Assembly (NCBI GenBank): GCA_041648735.1
Contig: JBAZOO010000005.1
Coordinates: forward strand, 65,862 to 129,861
Reading direction: 5' to 3'
DNA from: Lentisphaeria bacterium
GTDB lineage: Bacteria; Verrucomicrobiota; Lentisphaeria; Oligosphaerales; CAITYL01
DNA length: 64,000 nt
Numbering within the stretch: position 1 is the stretch's first letter; each line of letters begins with the position of its first letter. Made by a program: the position numbers and the translations under genes. This document shows positions 25,842 to 34,740 of the stretch, piece by piece. The notes beneath the pieces are model-generated. The model worked only from the letters and a program-made list of their open reading frames with translations, ran no database searches and had not been told where the DNA came from.

Positions 25842-28264
25842 CCGGCCGCCGGCCCGCATTCCTCGTCCGCGCCGCCCTGGTCCTCTGGCTGCCGCTCGCC
25901 GTGGCGCCGGCCGCGCTCCGGGCGCAGGCGCCGCCGCCCGCTCCGGGGGCCACGGCGGCGGTTGCCGCCGCCAGCGAATCGTTGCGGCTAGCGGAGGGGC
26001 TGCTTGCCCGCGGCTTCCATGACCTGGCCCGCAAGGAGCTGGCGGCGGTGCTGGAGCGCCGTCCCCCGCCGGAAACCGCCGCCCGGGCCCGGCTGCTGCT
26101 CATTGAATGCCTGCGCGCCGAAGGGAAGGCAAGCGAAGTGCTGGCGGAGATCGAACGCTTCCGCCAGGAATGGCCCGGCCATCCGCGGAGCGGCGCCGTG
26201 GAGCTGGTCCGCGGCGAGCAGTTGCTGGCCTTGGGGCGGGAGGCCGAGGCCGGCCGCGTCCTGGCGCCGCTGGCCTCCGCCGCCGACCCCAACCTTCAGG
26301 ATGGCGCCCGCTACCACCTGGCCCGGCTGGCCGAGGCCGCGGGGCGGACGGCGGAAGCCGCGGAACGCTATGCCGCCTTCCGCGGCCTGCCGGCGCCGGC
26401 GGAGCGGCCCTACGTCGCCTATGCCTGGCTCAGCGAGGGGCTGTTCCTGCGGCGCCAGGGGGACCGGGCCGGCGCCGCCGCCGCCTGGAACCGCCTCGCG
26501 GCCGCCGCCGCCGCCCCCGCCGCCGTGCGCGCCGAGGCGCTTTTCCGGCTGGGGGAAATGGCCTTTGCCCAAGGCGACCACCGGGCCGCCGCCACGGCGG
26601 ACGAACGGCTGCTGCGCGAGTGGCCGGCCAGCGCCTGGGACGCCGAAGCCCGCCGCCGGCTGGCGTGGGCCCACTATCATCTCCGCGACTTTGCCGGCGC
26701 CCAGACCCAGGTCATCCATTGGGCGGCGGACCATCCCGCGGCCGGCGTCGAGGACCGCCTTTTCCTGGCCGCGCTCTGCCAGGCGGGGGTGGGCCGAGTT
26801 CCGGAGGCGCTGGCGGCGATGCGCCAACTCCTCGCCCGGCCGGGATTGCCGGCGAGCTATGCCATCCCCGCCCGCCGGCAGGTGGCGGCCTGGCTGGCCA
26901 CCCTTGGCCGGACGGCCGAGGCCGTGGCGGAAGCGAAGGCGTTCCTGGCGGCCCACCCCGCGGCGCCGGAGCGGGCGGATGTGGCCTATTTCGCCGGCGA
27001 GGCGCTGGCGCGGGCGGGAAGCTGGGCCGAGGCGGAGCCCTGGCTGCGCCAGGCCCTGGCCGCCGCCGGCCCCTCCTGGACCTTTTGGCCGGCCGCCCCG
27101 GCGCGCCTGGAGGAATGCCTGCGCCGGACCGGGCGGCTGCCCGCGGCGGCGGCGGCCTACCGGGAGCTGGCCCAGCGCGGCGAGCTGGCTGGCCGCCCCG
27201 GGTTCCTGCTGCGCGCCGGCCAACTCGCCCGCGAGGCTGGCGCCGCCGCGGCGGCGGCGGCCGATTTCGCGGCGGTCCGCGAGCGGCACGCCGGTGCGCC
27301 CGAGGCCGTCACCGCCACCGTCGAACTGGCGCAACTGGAAGCCGACCGTGGCGATTTCGCCGCCGCCGAACTGATTGTGGCGGAACTGCTGGAGCGGCTG
27401 CCCGCGGCACAAAGTGAACAGCGGAGCCGTCTCCAGCTCTTTGCCGGCTGGCTGGCCTACAGCCGCAAGGAGTACGCCGTGGCGGTGGAGCGGTTCCGCC
27501 GGCTGGTGGACGCCAAGCCGCCCCCGGCCGTGGCCGTCGAGGCGAAACGCTATCTGGCCACCGCCTTGCTCGACGGCGGCAACGACGCGGAAGCCCGCAC
27601 CCTCTTTGCGGAACTGCTCAAGGACGAAGCGGCGCCCCCCTGGCCCGACCCCCTGCTGGCGCGGGTCGAGGAGTTGTTCTTCCGCCAAGGCCGCCTGGCG
27701 GAGGCGGCCCTCGCCTGCCGCCGGCTCAAGCTCGCCGCCGACCCGCAAATGGCCGGCCGCGGCCGGCTGCGGCTGGCGGCGGCGCTCTTCGCCGGCGGCG
27801 ATGCCGCCGCCGCCCGCGCGGAACTGGCGCCGCTGCTGGCGGAAGCGGCGCCGCCGGCTTTCCGCAAGGAGGCCCTGGCCCTGGCCGGCGACCTGGACGC
27901 CGCCGCCGGCCGGACCGACCAGGCGGTCCTGGCCTACACCGCGGCGTTGCAGCCGCCCAGCCCCGCCCGCGGCGAAGCCGGGGCCCGCGCCCGGCTCGGC
28001 TTGGCCAGCATCCATTTCCGGGAGGGGCGCCTGGAGCTGGCGCTGGAACAGGCGGTCGGCGCCTTTGTCCTGGAGAACGATCCGGTCTTCACCCCCCAGG
28101 CGATGCTCCTGGCCGTCCGCATCCTCCAACGGCAGGGGCGCACCCAGGAGGCGCGGACGACTTGGCGGGAGCTGCTGCAGCGCTTTCCCGTCGCGGCTGA
28201 AAGTCTCCGTGACGACCCGGAGATCCGCCCCCTCGCCGCCGCCGCCGCGCCGCCGGGGGCGTGA
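25838..28264 (+). CDS. secreted tetratricopeptide-repeat protein (808 aa)
   Basis: GTGA overlap with exbD. Signal peptide ...LWLPLAVAPAALRAQA. A/L/R-rich TPR-like helical repeats throughout. The opposite-strand ORF is a shadow. Confidence 0.6.
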   Translation: MTGRRPAFLVRAALVLWLPLAVAPAALRAQAPPPAPGATAAVAAASESLRLAEGLLARGFHDLARKELAAVLERRPPPETAARARLLLIECLRAEGKASEVLAEIERFRQEWPGHPRSGAVELVRGEQLLALGREAEAGRVLAPLASAADPNLQDGARYHLARLAEAAGRTAEAAERYAAFRGLPAPAERPYVAYAWLSEGLFLRRQGDRAGAAAAWNRLAAAAAAPAAVRAEALFRLGEMAFAQGDHRAAATADERLLREWPASAWDAEARRRLAWAHYHLRDFAGAQTQVIHWAADHPAAGVEDRLFLAALCQAGVGRVPEALAAMRQLLARPGLPASYAIPARRQVAAWLATLGRTAEAVAEAKAFLAAHPAAPERADVAYFAGEALARAGSWAEAEPWLRQALAAAGPSWTFWPAAPARLEECLRRTGRLPAAAAAYRELAQRGELAGRPGFLLRAGQLAREAGAAAAAAADFAAVRERHAGAPEAVTATVELAQLEADRGDFAAAELIVAELLERLPAAQSEQRSRLQLFAGWLAYSRKEYAVAVERFRRLVDAKPPPAVAVEAKRYLATALLDGGNDAEARTLFAELLKDEAAPPWPDPLLARVEELFFRQGRLAEAALACRRLKLAADPQMAGRGRLRLAAALFAGGDAAAARAELAPLLAEAAPPAFRKEALALAGDLDAAAGRTDQAVLAYTAALQPPSPARGEAGARARLGLASIHFREGRLELALEQAVGAFVLENDPVFTPQAMLLAVRILQRQGRTQEARTTWRELLQRFPVAAESLRDDPEIRPLAAAAAPPGA

Positions 28265-28425
28265 CCGGTTTTCCCCAGGCCCGCCAGAAAAAATGGGGGC
28301 AGGACTGGCGATTTCGGCGAGTTGGCATAGAATACAGACAATTGCGAAGGTGGCGGCGGAGCGTTGGCCGTGCGCCTTCCCCAGTTTTGAGCTTTCTTTG
28401 TTTGCCAATATCTGGAGCGGCAGCC

Positions 28426-28953
28426 ATGGGTGCGAATCCGAAGCTGGTGGTCTTGTCGGAGCCGTTGCGCGGGCAATCCTTTGAACTGACGGCCGAACGC
28501 TACCTGATCGGCCGCGTGGAGAGTTGCGAGATCTGCATCCCCGACCCGACGATGAGCAGCCGCCATTGCCTGCTGGAGCGGCAGGAGGACGGCAGCTTCC
28601 TCGCCATCGACCAGGGCAGCACCAACGGCTCGCGGATCAACGGCGCCAAGATCAGCTCCCAAAAGCTGGCCAACAGCGACATCCTCCAGTGTGGCAGCGT
28701 CGAAATCCTCTACGATTCGGGCCTGAAGCTTTCGACCAACACCCTCGGGACCAAGACCGGCATCAACCTGTCCGCCTCCAGCGGCACGGAATCGCTGTCG
28801 AACATGGCGAACTTCTCCCCCTTCGGCTCCCGTTCCGGAATGGGCGGGAAGGGCGGCGTGGCCAAGTACGCCTTCCCGGTCATCCTCTCCCTGCTGGGCG
28901 TGGGGGTCATCCTGGCGCTGCTCATCCTCTTGAAAAACCTGCTCGCAAAATGA
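28426..28953 (+). CDS. FHA domain protein with C-terminal transmembrane anchor
   Basis: Start is the internal ATG of ORF 28261..28953. FHA pattern YLIGR...CIPDPTMSSRHCLLERQEDGSFLAIDQGSTNGSRINGAKI. C-terminal helix FPVILSLLGVGVILALLILL. Confidence 0.8.
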   Translation: MGANPKLVVLSEPLRGQSFELTAERYLIGRVESCEICIPDPTMSSRHCLLERQEDGSFLAIDQGSTNGSRINGAKISSQKLANSDILQCGSVEILYDSGLKLSTNTLGTKTGINLSASSGTESLSNMANFSPFGSRSGMGGKGGVAKYAFPVILSLLGVGVILALLILLKNLLAK

Positions 28954-31043
28954 CCCGGCCTGCCGCGCCCATGACCGAACCCACTCCCGAAACCAGGAAC
29001 GAACGCCCGGAAGCGAACCCGGCGGCGCCGCCCCCCCCGGAGGGCGCGGCCGGCAAGCCGGCGGCGCCGCCGCTGCCGCCGGAACGCCGCTTCCCGCGCC
29101 CGCCGATCCAGACCTTCCTGTTTTGGATCCTCCTCCTGCTGCTGCTGCCCCTCGGGCTGATGATCTTCAATCCCCGGAGCGGCCGGGCGCGGCTCCACGA
29201 ACTCCAGCAGTCCGAGTTCGAACAGCTTCTGCGCGACGGCCAGGTCCTGACCGCCACCGTCAGCCCGCGCGAGGCGGCCGATGTCAAGAAGATCACCGGC
29301 ACCTACCGGATCGAGAAGCCCGACCCCGGCGAGGCAGCGGCGCGCGCCCCCGCCACCGTCGAACGCTTCGAGACCCTTGCCGTCTATACGGACGAGCTGG
29401 ACAAGCTCCTGCGCGAACATTGCCCGACCCGCAAGACCGAGGCCTCCTCCACCTTCTGGACCAGCGTCGTCCTCACCCTCCTGCCGGTGCTGCTCCTGGT
29501 CGGGGTGATCTATTTCCTCTTCTCCCGCCAGCTCAAGATGGCTGGCAAGGGCGCCCTCCAGTTCGGCAAGAGCCGCGCCCGCCTGATCATGCCCAACCAG
29601 GAGAAGGTCACCTTCGCCGATGTCTCCGGCATCGAGGAGGCCAAGGAGGAGGTGGCCGAAGTCATTGACTTCCTGCGGGCGCCGCAGAAGTTCCAGAAGC
29701 TGGGCGGCCACATCCCCAAGGGCGTGCTCATGGTCGGCCCCCCGGGCACCGGCAAGACGCTGCTCGCCCGCGCCATTGCCGGCGAAGCGGAAGTGCCCTT
29801 CTTCCACATCAGCGGCTCCGATTTCATGGAGATGTTCGTCGGCGTCGGCGCCAGCCGGGTGCGCGACATGTTCGAGGAGGGCAAGCGCCACGCCCCCTGC
29901 ATCATCTTCATCGACGAGATCGATGCCGTCGGCCGTTCCCGCTTCACCGGCATCGGCGGCGGCCATGACGAACGGGAGCAGACGCTCAACGCCCTCCTCG
30001 TCGAGATGGACGGCTTCGAGCCCAACGCCGGGGTCATTGTCGTCGCCGCCACCAACCGCCCCGACGTCCTCGATCCGGCCCTGCTCCGCCCCGGCCGCTT
30101 CGACCGCCAGATCACCATTGACCTGCCCGACGTCAACGGCCGCCTCAGCATCCTCAAGGTCCATGTGAAAAAAGTCACCATCGATCCTCACGCCGACCTG
30201 GGGGTGATCGCCCGCGGCACCCCCGGCTTCAGCGGCGCCGACCTCGCCAACCTGATCAACGAGGCCGCCCTCATCGCCGCCCATTCCAACAAGTCGGCCG
30301 TCGACATGGACGCGCTGGAGGAGGCGCGGGACAAGGTCCGCTGGGGCAAGGAGCGGCGCAGCCGCAAGATTGACGAGCATGACCGCGAGGTCACCGCCTA
30401 CCACGAGGCCGGCCATGCCTTGGTGGGGCTCCTCTGCGAACACGCCACCCCGCTGCACAAGGTCACCATCATCCCCCGCGGCACCGCCTACCTCGGCGCC
30501 ACCATGCACCTGCCGGAAAGCGACCGCTACACGGTCAGCAAGCCGGAGCTGCTCGACCAGATGGCGATGCTCATGGGCGGCCGCGCCGCCGAGCTGCTCA
30601 TCTTCAACGAGACCACCAGCGGCGCCGCCATGGACATCCGCCAGGCCACCGACACCGCCAAGAAGATGGTCTGCCAGTGGGGGATGAGCGAAAAGATGGG
30701 GCCGATCTCCTATTCCGGGCGGGAGGAGCATATCTTCCTCGGCCGCGACATCACCCGCAGCGAGGACTATTCGGAGGAGACCGCCCGCGAGATCGACAAC
30801 GAAATCCGCCGCTTCGTCGGCGATTCCGAGGGGCGTGCCGACCGCCTGTTGCGGGAGAACTTGGAGCGGCTCAAGAAGCTGGGGAAAAGCTTGCTGGAAC
30901 GGGAGACGATGAACGCCGTCGAGATCCGCGAGCTGCTCGGCTTCCCGCCGCCGCCGGTCAAGGCGGAGCCCGGCGTGGCCGGGCCGCCGCCGCCCGCCCC
31001 CGGGGCCGAAGGCGCCGCCACGCCGCCGCCGGTCCCCGCCTGA
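28950..31043 (+). CDS. ftsH: ATP-dependent zinc metalloprotease FtsH
   Basis: Start ATG overlaps the FHA gene stop (ATGA). Walker [12 protein letters not shown], Walker [33 protein letters not shown], and zinc site HEAGHAL. Confidence 0.95.
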   Translation: MTRPAAPMTEPTPETRNERPEANPAAPPPPEGAAGKPAAPPLPPERRFPRPPIQTFLFWILLLLLLPLGLMIFNPRSGRARLHELQQSEFEQLLRDGQVLTATVSPREAADVKKITGTYRIEKPDPGEAAARAPATVERFETLAVYTDELDKLLREHCPTRKTEASSTFWTSVVLTLLPVLLLVGVIYFLFSRQLKMAGKGALQFGKSRARLIMPNQEKVTFADVSGIEEAKEEVAEVIDFLRAPQKFQKLGGHIPKGVLMVGPPGTGKTLLARAIAGEAEVPFFHISGSDFMEMFVGVGASRVRDMFEEGKRHAPCIIFIDEIDAVGRSRFTGIGGGHDEREQTLNALLVEMDGFEPNAGVIVVAATNRPDVLDPALLRPGRFDRQITIDLPDVNGRLSILKVHVKKVTIDPHADLGVIARGTPGFSGADLANLINEAALIAAHSNKSAVDMDALEEARDKVRWGKERRSRKIDEHDREVTAYHEAGHALVGLLCEHATPLHKVTIIPRGTAYLGATMHLPESDRYTVSKPELLDQMAMLMGGRAAELLIFNETTSGAAMDIRQATDTAKKMVCQWGMSEKMGPISYSGREEHIFLGRDITRSEDYSEETAREIDNEIRRFVGDSEGRADRLLRENLERLKKLGKSLLERETMNAVEIRELLGFPPPPVKAEPGVAGPPPPAPGAEGAATPPPVPA

Positions 31044-31079
31044 TAAAGGCCGCCGCCCGCGCGCCGTTGCGGAGTCCGC

Positions 31080-31394
31080 ATGCCTGACGTTTCACCCTTC
31101 TGCGCCCATGCCCGCGGCACCGTGGTCCGGCTCCATGTCCAGCCCCGGGCCCGGCGCACGGAGGTGGCGGGGCGGCATGGCGACGCGCTCAAGCTCCGCG
31201 TCGCCAGCCCGCCGGTGGATGGCGCCGCCAATGCGGAGGTCTGCCGCTTCCTCGCCCAGGCGCTGGGGCTGCCCAAGGCGGCCGTCACCCTCCTGGCTGG
31301 CGAAACCGGCCGCGGGAAGCGCATCCTCGTCGCCGGCCTTCCGCCGGATGCCGTGGCGCGGAAACTGCTTCCGGGCGCTGCCGCGAGCCGATGA
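31080..31394 (+). CDS. DUF167 (YggU) family protein
   Basis: LHVQPRARRTEVAG...LKLRVASPPVDGAANAEVCRFLAQALGLPKAAVTLLAGETGRGKRILV is the classic YggU pattern. Confidence 0.8.
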   Translation: MPDVSPFCAHARGTVVRLHVQPRARRTEVAGRHGDALKLRVASPPVDGAANAEVCRFLAQALGLPKAAVTLLAGETGRGKRILVAGLPPDAVARKLLPGAAASR

Positions 31395-31430
31395 GTCCCA
31401 GGGGTCTGATGAGTCCCAGGGCTGGGAGCC
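31391..31430. repeat. ATGAGTCCCAGG x2 (reverse orientation of the CATGGGACT family)
   Basis: ATGAGTCCCAGGGGTCTGATGAGTCCCAGGGCTGGGAGCC, located between the convergent DUF167 and radical SAM genes. Confidence 0.6.
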
Positions 31431-31483
31431 CCGCCCTGGCCTCAATTCCCAGTTTCAATCCCCCTTCGCGGGGAAGAAGGCGC

Positions 31484-32767
31484 TCATTGCCAGACGCCGG
31501 GGAGGGGGGCGCCGCAGTGGTTGCAGCGGCCGCGGGTGAGGTCCAGGCGGGTGACGGCGAAGATGTCGCGTTCCACGACTGGGCGGTGGCAGGCGGGGCA
31601 GAAGGTGGTTTCCGCGTCGGCGACGCCGCGGACGTTGCCAAGGTAGACGTGGCGCAGGCCGGCGGCGCGGGCGTCCTCCCGGGCTTGCAGCAGGGTTTCC
31701 AGGGGGGTGGGGGGGAGGTTGGTGAGCTTGTAGGCGGGGAGGCAGCGGGAGAAGTGGAGGGGGGTGTCGGGGCCAGCGTGCTCGGCGAGCCAGGCGCAGA
31801 GCCGGCGGATCTCCTCCCGCTTGTCGGTGTGGCGGGGGACGACGAGGTTGACGACCTCGGTCCAGACGCCGAGCTGCTTGAGGAGGGTGATGGCGTCGAG
31901 GACCGGCTGGAGGCGGCCGCCGTTGAGCTTCCGGTAGGTTTCGTCGTTGAACCCTTTCAGGTCGAGGTGGGCGGCGTCGAGGTGGGCGGCCAGCTCCCGC
32001 AGCGGCCGTTCCCGGACATGGGCGGAGGTGACCAGGATCGTCTTCACGCCGGCGGCGCGGCAGGCCTTGGCGATGTCGAGCGTGTATTCGTAGAAGGCGA
32101 TGGGTTCGGAATAGGTGCAGGCGACGGAGGCGCAGTCCAGGGCCTGGGCGACGGCGGGGACGTCCTCCGGGAAGAGGCTGAGCCGGGCGGTGTCGGCGTA
32201 GCTGAGCCGGGCGGGCAGGGGCGGGCGCAGGCGGAGTTCCGGGCCTTGGGCGTCCTTGGTCGCCTCCGGGGTGCGCTGGGAGATTTCCCAGTTCTGGCAG
32301 TTGAGGCAGCGGAGGACGCAGCCCGCGGTGGCCAGGGAGAAGGAGCGGCTGCCGGGGAGGAAGTGGAAGAGCGGTTTTTTCTCGACCGGATCCACATGGA
32401 GGCTGCACGGGTTCGCGTAGGCGAGGGTGTAAAGGATGCCTTCGTGGTTGACCCGGGTGCGGCAGCGGCCGCGGTCGCCCGGATCGAGCACGCAGCCGTT
32501 GGGGCAGAGTTCGCAATAGGCGGTGCGCCCTTCGCGCCGCCAGTGGCGGGCCTCGTGGAGCCAGCCCCGGCGCCGCCAGAGTTCCCAGGCCTGGGGATCG
32601 GGGATGGCGTCGTCGCCGCCCCAGTCGGCGCGGGCTTCCGGGCGGCCGCAGCCGGGCCAGAGGCCGGTGGCGCAGCAGGCGAGCCCGGCGAGCCCGAGCT
32701 TGAGCGCGTCCCGGCGCGTCAGCCGGGGCGGGGGTGGCGGTTGGGGTTGGCCAGCTTCCGGCTTCAT
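31484..32767 (-). CDS. AmmeMemoRadiSam-system radical SAM enzyme with twin-arginine (Tat) signal peptide
   Basis: Start is the internal ATG of ORF 31484..32869. Tat motif LTRRDALKLGLAGLA...ARA, radical SAM CVLRCLNCQNW, and a C-terminal CPAC...CNHC. Divergent from a Memo-AMMECR1 gene. Confidence 0.8.
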   Translation of the reverse strand: MKPEAGQPQPPPPPRLTRRDALKLGLAGLACCATGLWPGCGRPEARADWGGDDAIPDPQAWELWRRRGWLHEARHWRREGRTAYCELCPNGCVLDPGDRGRCRTRVNHEGILYTLAYANPCSLHVDPVEKKPLFHFLPGSRSFSLATAGCVLRCLNCQNWEISQRTPEATKDAQGPELRLRPPLPARLSYADTARLSLFPEDVPAVAQALDCASVACTYSEPIAFYEYTLDIAKACRAAGVKTILVTSAHVRERPLRELAAHLDAAHLDLKGFNDETYRKLNGGRLQPVLDAITLLKQLGVWTEVVNLVVPRHTDKREEIRRLCAWLAEHAGPDTPLHFSRCLPAYKLTNLPPTPLETLLQAREDARAAGLRHVYLGNVRGVADAETTFCPACHRPVVERDIFAVTRLDLTRGRCNHCGAPLPGVWQ

Positions 32768-32845
32768 GCCAGGAATATAGCCCCGTCCCCCCGTTGTCAC
32801 CTCTCCCCAACGGGTCAAGGGGGGCGCCGGCGGGGGCGATGGGGG

Positions 32846-32884
32846 CACGGACACGGCACGGACGCACACGGACGGGACACGGAC
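32846..32884. promoter_or_regulatory. four phased CACGGAC heptamers in the divergent promoter region
   Basis: Heptamer starts at 32846, 32857, 32867 and 32878, giving spacings of 11, 10 and 11 nt. Read directly from the sequence. Confidence 0.4.
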
Positions 32885-32949
32885 CGCCTTGGGGACAAGG
32901 TGAATCGCTCACGGATGGGCGGATGTCAGAGCCGCGAACCGGCAGGGGG

Positions 32950-32979
32950 TTGCTTGTGCCACGGCAACGGTGATAGAGT
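32950..32979 (+). promoter_or_regulatory. sigma-70-like promoter candidate (TTGCTT-18-TGaTAGAGT) for the Memo-AMMECR1 operon
   Basis: The -35 TTGCTT is at 32950-32955 and the -10 TAGAGT is at 32974-32979, with a TGn extension. Confidence 0.4.
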
Positions 32980-33024
32980 ATGGGTGTGCAAGCCATGGTT
33001 CCCTTGCGCCGGGAGACAACCGAC

Positions 33025-34740
33025 ATGGCCAACTCCACCGCATCCCGCTGGCATGGTTGGCGCGACGCCCTCCACACCGCCGCCTTCCTGTTCCTCGCCG
33101 CCGCGCTGCTGGTTTCCCTGCCGGCGCCGGAGGATGCCGGGCGGGGTGCTTGCGGTTGCCAATCCGGCATGAGCCGGGCTACATTGTGGATGGCTCCCCG
33201 GAGCCTCGCCGCCGCCGCCCCGCGGCGGCCAGACACCGGTGGTGACGGATCGTTGAGGAGGAACCCAGCCATGACGCCATCTCCCACCTTCAGCCAGCGG
33301 CGCCCCCCGGCCGTGGCCGGCCAGTTCTATCCGGCGGCTCCCGCCGAACTCCGGAGCATGCTTGCCAGCTTCCTGGCATCCCCTGCCGGCGCGCCCCTGC
33401 CCGGCGCGGTGCGGGGGGTGATCGTCCCCCATGCGGGGTATGTCTACTCGGGGGCGACCGCCGGCGCCGCCTTCGCCCGGCTGCGGGCGCGGGCGGCGGA
33501 GGTGAAGCGGGTGGTGGTCCTGGCGCCCTCGCACCATGTTGGCTTCCAAGGCATTAGCATCGGCGACTATGCGGAGTTCGCCACGCCGCTGGGAGCGATG
33601 GCCGTGGACGTGGAGGGCTGCGCCCGCCTCGCCCAGGCCCATCCGCTGATTTCCACCCGCACCGACGCGCACCGGGATGAGCATGCCCTGGAAGTCCAGC
33701 TCCCCTTTATCCAGGCCGTGCTGCCCGGCGCCAAGCTGGTGCCGGTCGTCTGCGGCCAGCTTGACCGGGACGCCTTCCGGGAGCTGGGGCGGGTGCTCCA
33801 TGACGAGCTGTGGCGGCCGGACACCGTCTGGGTGGCCAGCTCCGACTTCACCCATTATGGCCGCGCCTTCGGCTATCTCCCCTTCACCCGCGACGTGCCT
33901 CGGCGGCTCAAGGAATTGGACGAGGGCGCCATCCGCCTCATTTGTGGCCGCGACCTGGCGGGGTTCCTCGCCTATCTCGACACGACCGGCGCCACCATCT
34001 GCGGTAGCACCCCCATTGGCCTGCTGCTGGCCGCCAGCGCCGGCGAGCCGGTGGGGGTCGTCCAGCTCGCCTACAGCACTTCCGCCGACCTGACCCATGA
34101 CTACGACCACACCGTCAGCTATGCGGCCATCGCCGTCCATGACGCCCCTGCCGGCGCCAAGGCGGCCGCCCCGGCCGCGGCCGAAAGCTTTGTCGCCGCG
34201 GAGCAGAGCTTCCTGCTGACGCTGGCCCGCGACGCGGTCGACCGGCGGCTGCGCAAGGAGGGGCCGCCGACGGTTGACCCGGAACGGCTGGCTCCGGCCC
34301 TGCGCGAAACCCGCGCCTGCTTTGTCACCCTCACCGAGAAGGGCACGGGCAGCCTGCGCGGCTGCATCGGCAACCTGGAGGCGTCCGAGCCGCTTTGGCG
34401 CAACGTCCTGCACAACGCCGTCAACGCCGCCTTCCACGACCCGCGCTTCCCGCCGGTCGCCGCCGCCGAACTGCCCCGGCTGCAGATCGAGATCTCCGTG
34501 CTCACCCCCGCCCGGCCGATCGCCAGCCTCGACGAGTTCGTCCTGGGCCGGCACGGGATCATCCTCAGCAAGGGCCGCGCCGCCGCCGTCTTCCTCCCCC
34601 AGGTCGCCCCCGAACAGGGGTGGGACAAGGAGACGACCCTCACCCACCTCGCCCTCAAGGCCGGCCTGCCGCCCGACGCCTGGCGGCGCGGCGCCAGCTT
34701 CGAGGTCTTTGAGGCCATCGTCTTTGGTGAACATGAATGA
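33025..34740 (+). CDS. fused Memo-like (AmmeMemoRadiSam system protein B) + AMMECR1 (protein A) protein
   Basis: - Memo part: VAGQFYPAAPAEL, VIVPHAGYVYSG, VLAPSHH.
- AMMECR1 part: ACFVTL...GSLRGCIG, DPRFPPV, HGIIL.
- Start is uncertain. ATG 33025 (SD GGGAGA, adds a hydrophobic N-terminal segment) and ATG 33271 (SD GAGGAGGA, canonical Memo N-terminus) are both possible. Confidence 0.8.
   Translation: MANSTASRWHGWRDALHTAAFLFLAAALLVSLPAPEDAGRGACGCQSGMSRATLWMAPRSLAAAAPRRPDTGGDGSLRRNPAMTPSPTFSQRRPPAVAGQFYPAAPAELRSMLASFLASPAGAPLPGAVRGVIVPHAGYVYSGATAGAAFARLRARAAEVKRVVVLAPSHHVGFQGISIGDYAEFATPLGAMAVDVEGCARLAQAHPLISTRTDAHRDEHALEVQLPFIQAVLPGAKLVPVVCGQLDRDAFRELGRVLHDELWRPDTVWVASSDFTHYGRAFGYLPFTRDVPRRLKELDEGAIRLICGRDLAGFLAYLDTTGATICGSTPIGLLLAASAGEPVGVVQLAYSTSADLTHDYDHTVSYAAIAVHDAPAGAKAAAPAAAESFVAAEQSFLLTLARDAVDRRLRKEGPPTVDPERLAPALRETRACFVTLTEKGTGSLRGCIGNLEASEPLWRNVLHNAVNAAFHDPRFPPVAAAELPRLQIEISVLTPARPIASLDEFVLGRHGIILSKGRAAAVFLPQVAPEQGWDKETTLTHLALKAGLPPDAWRRGASFEVFEAIVFGEHE

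Noticed and set aside
28333-28350. TTGGCATAGAATACAG upstream of the FHA gene, as a sigma-54 (-24/-12) promoter
   Set aside because: TGGCA is present, but there is no GC or TTGC element at the required 10-11 nt spacing. As a sigma-70 promoter, the -35 and -10 spacing also does not fit.
25988-28408. 806-aa minus-strand ORF opposite the TPR protein gene
   Set aside because: It has a Gly/Arg/Pro-rich shadow-like composition. The plus-strand product has a signal peptide, TPR-like repeats and a GTGA overlap with exbD.
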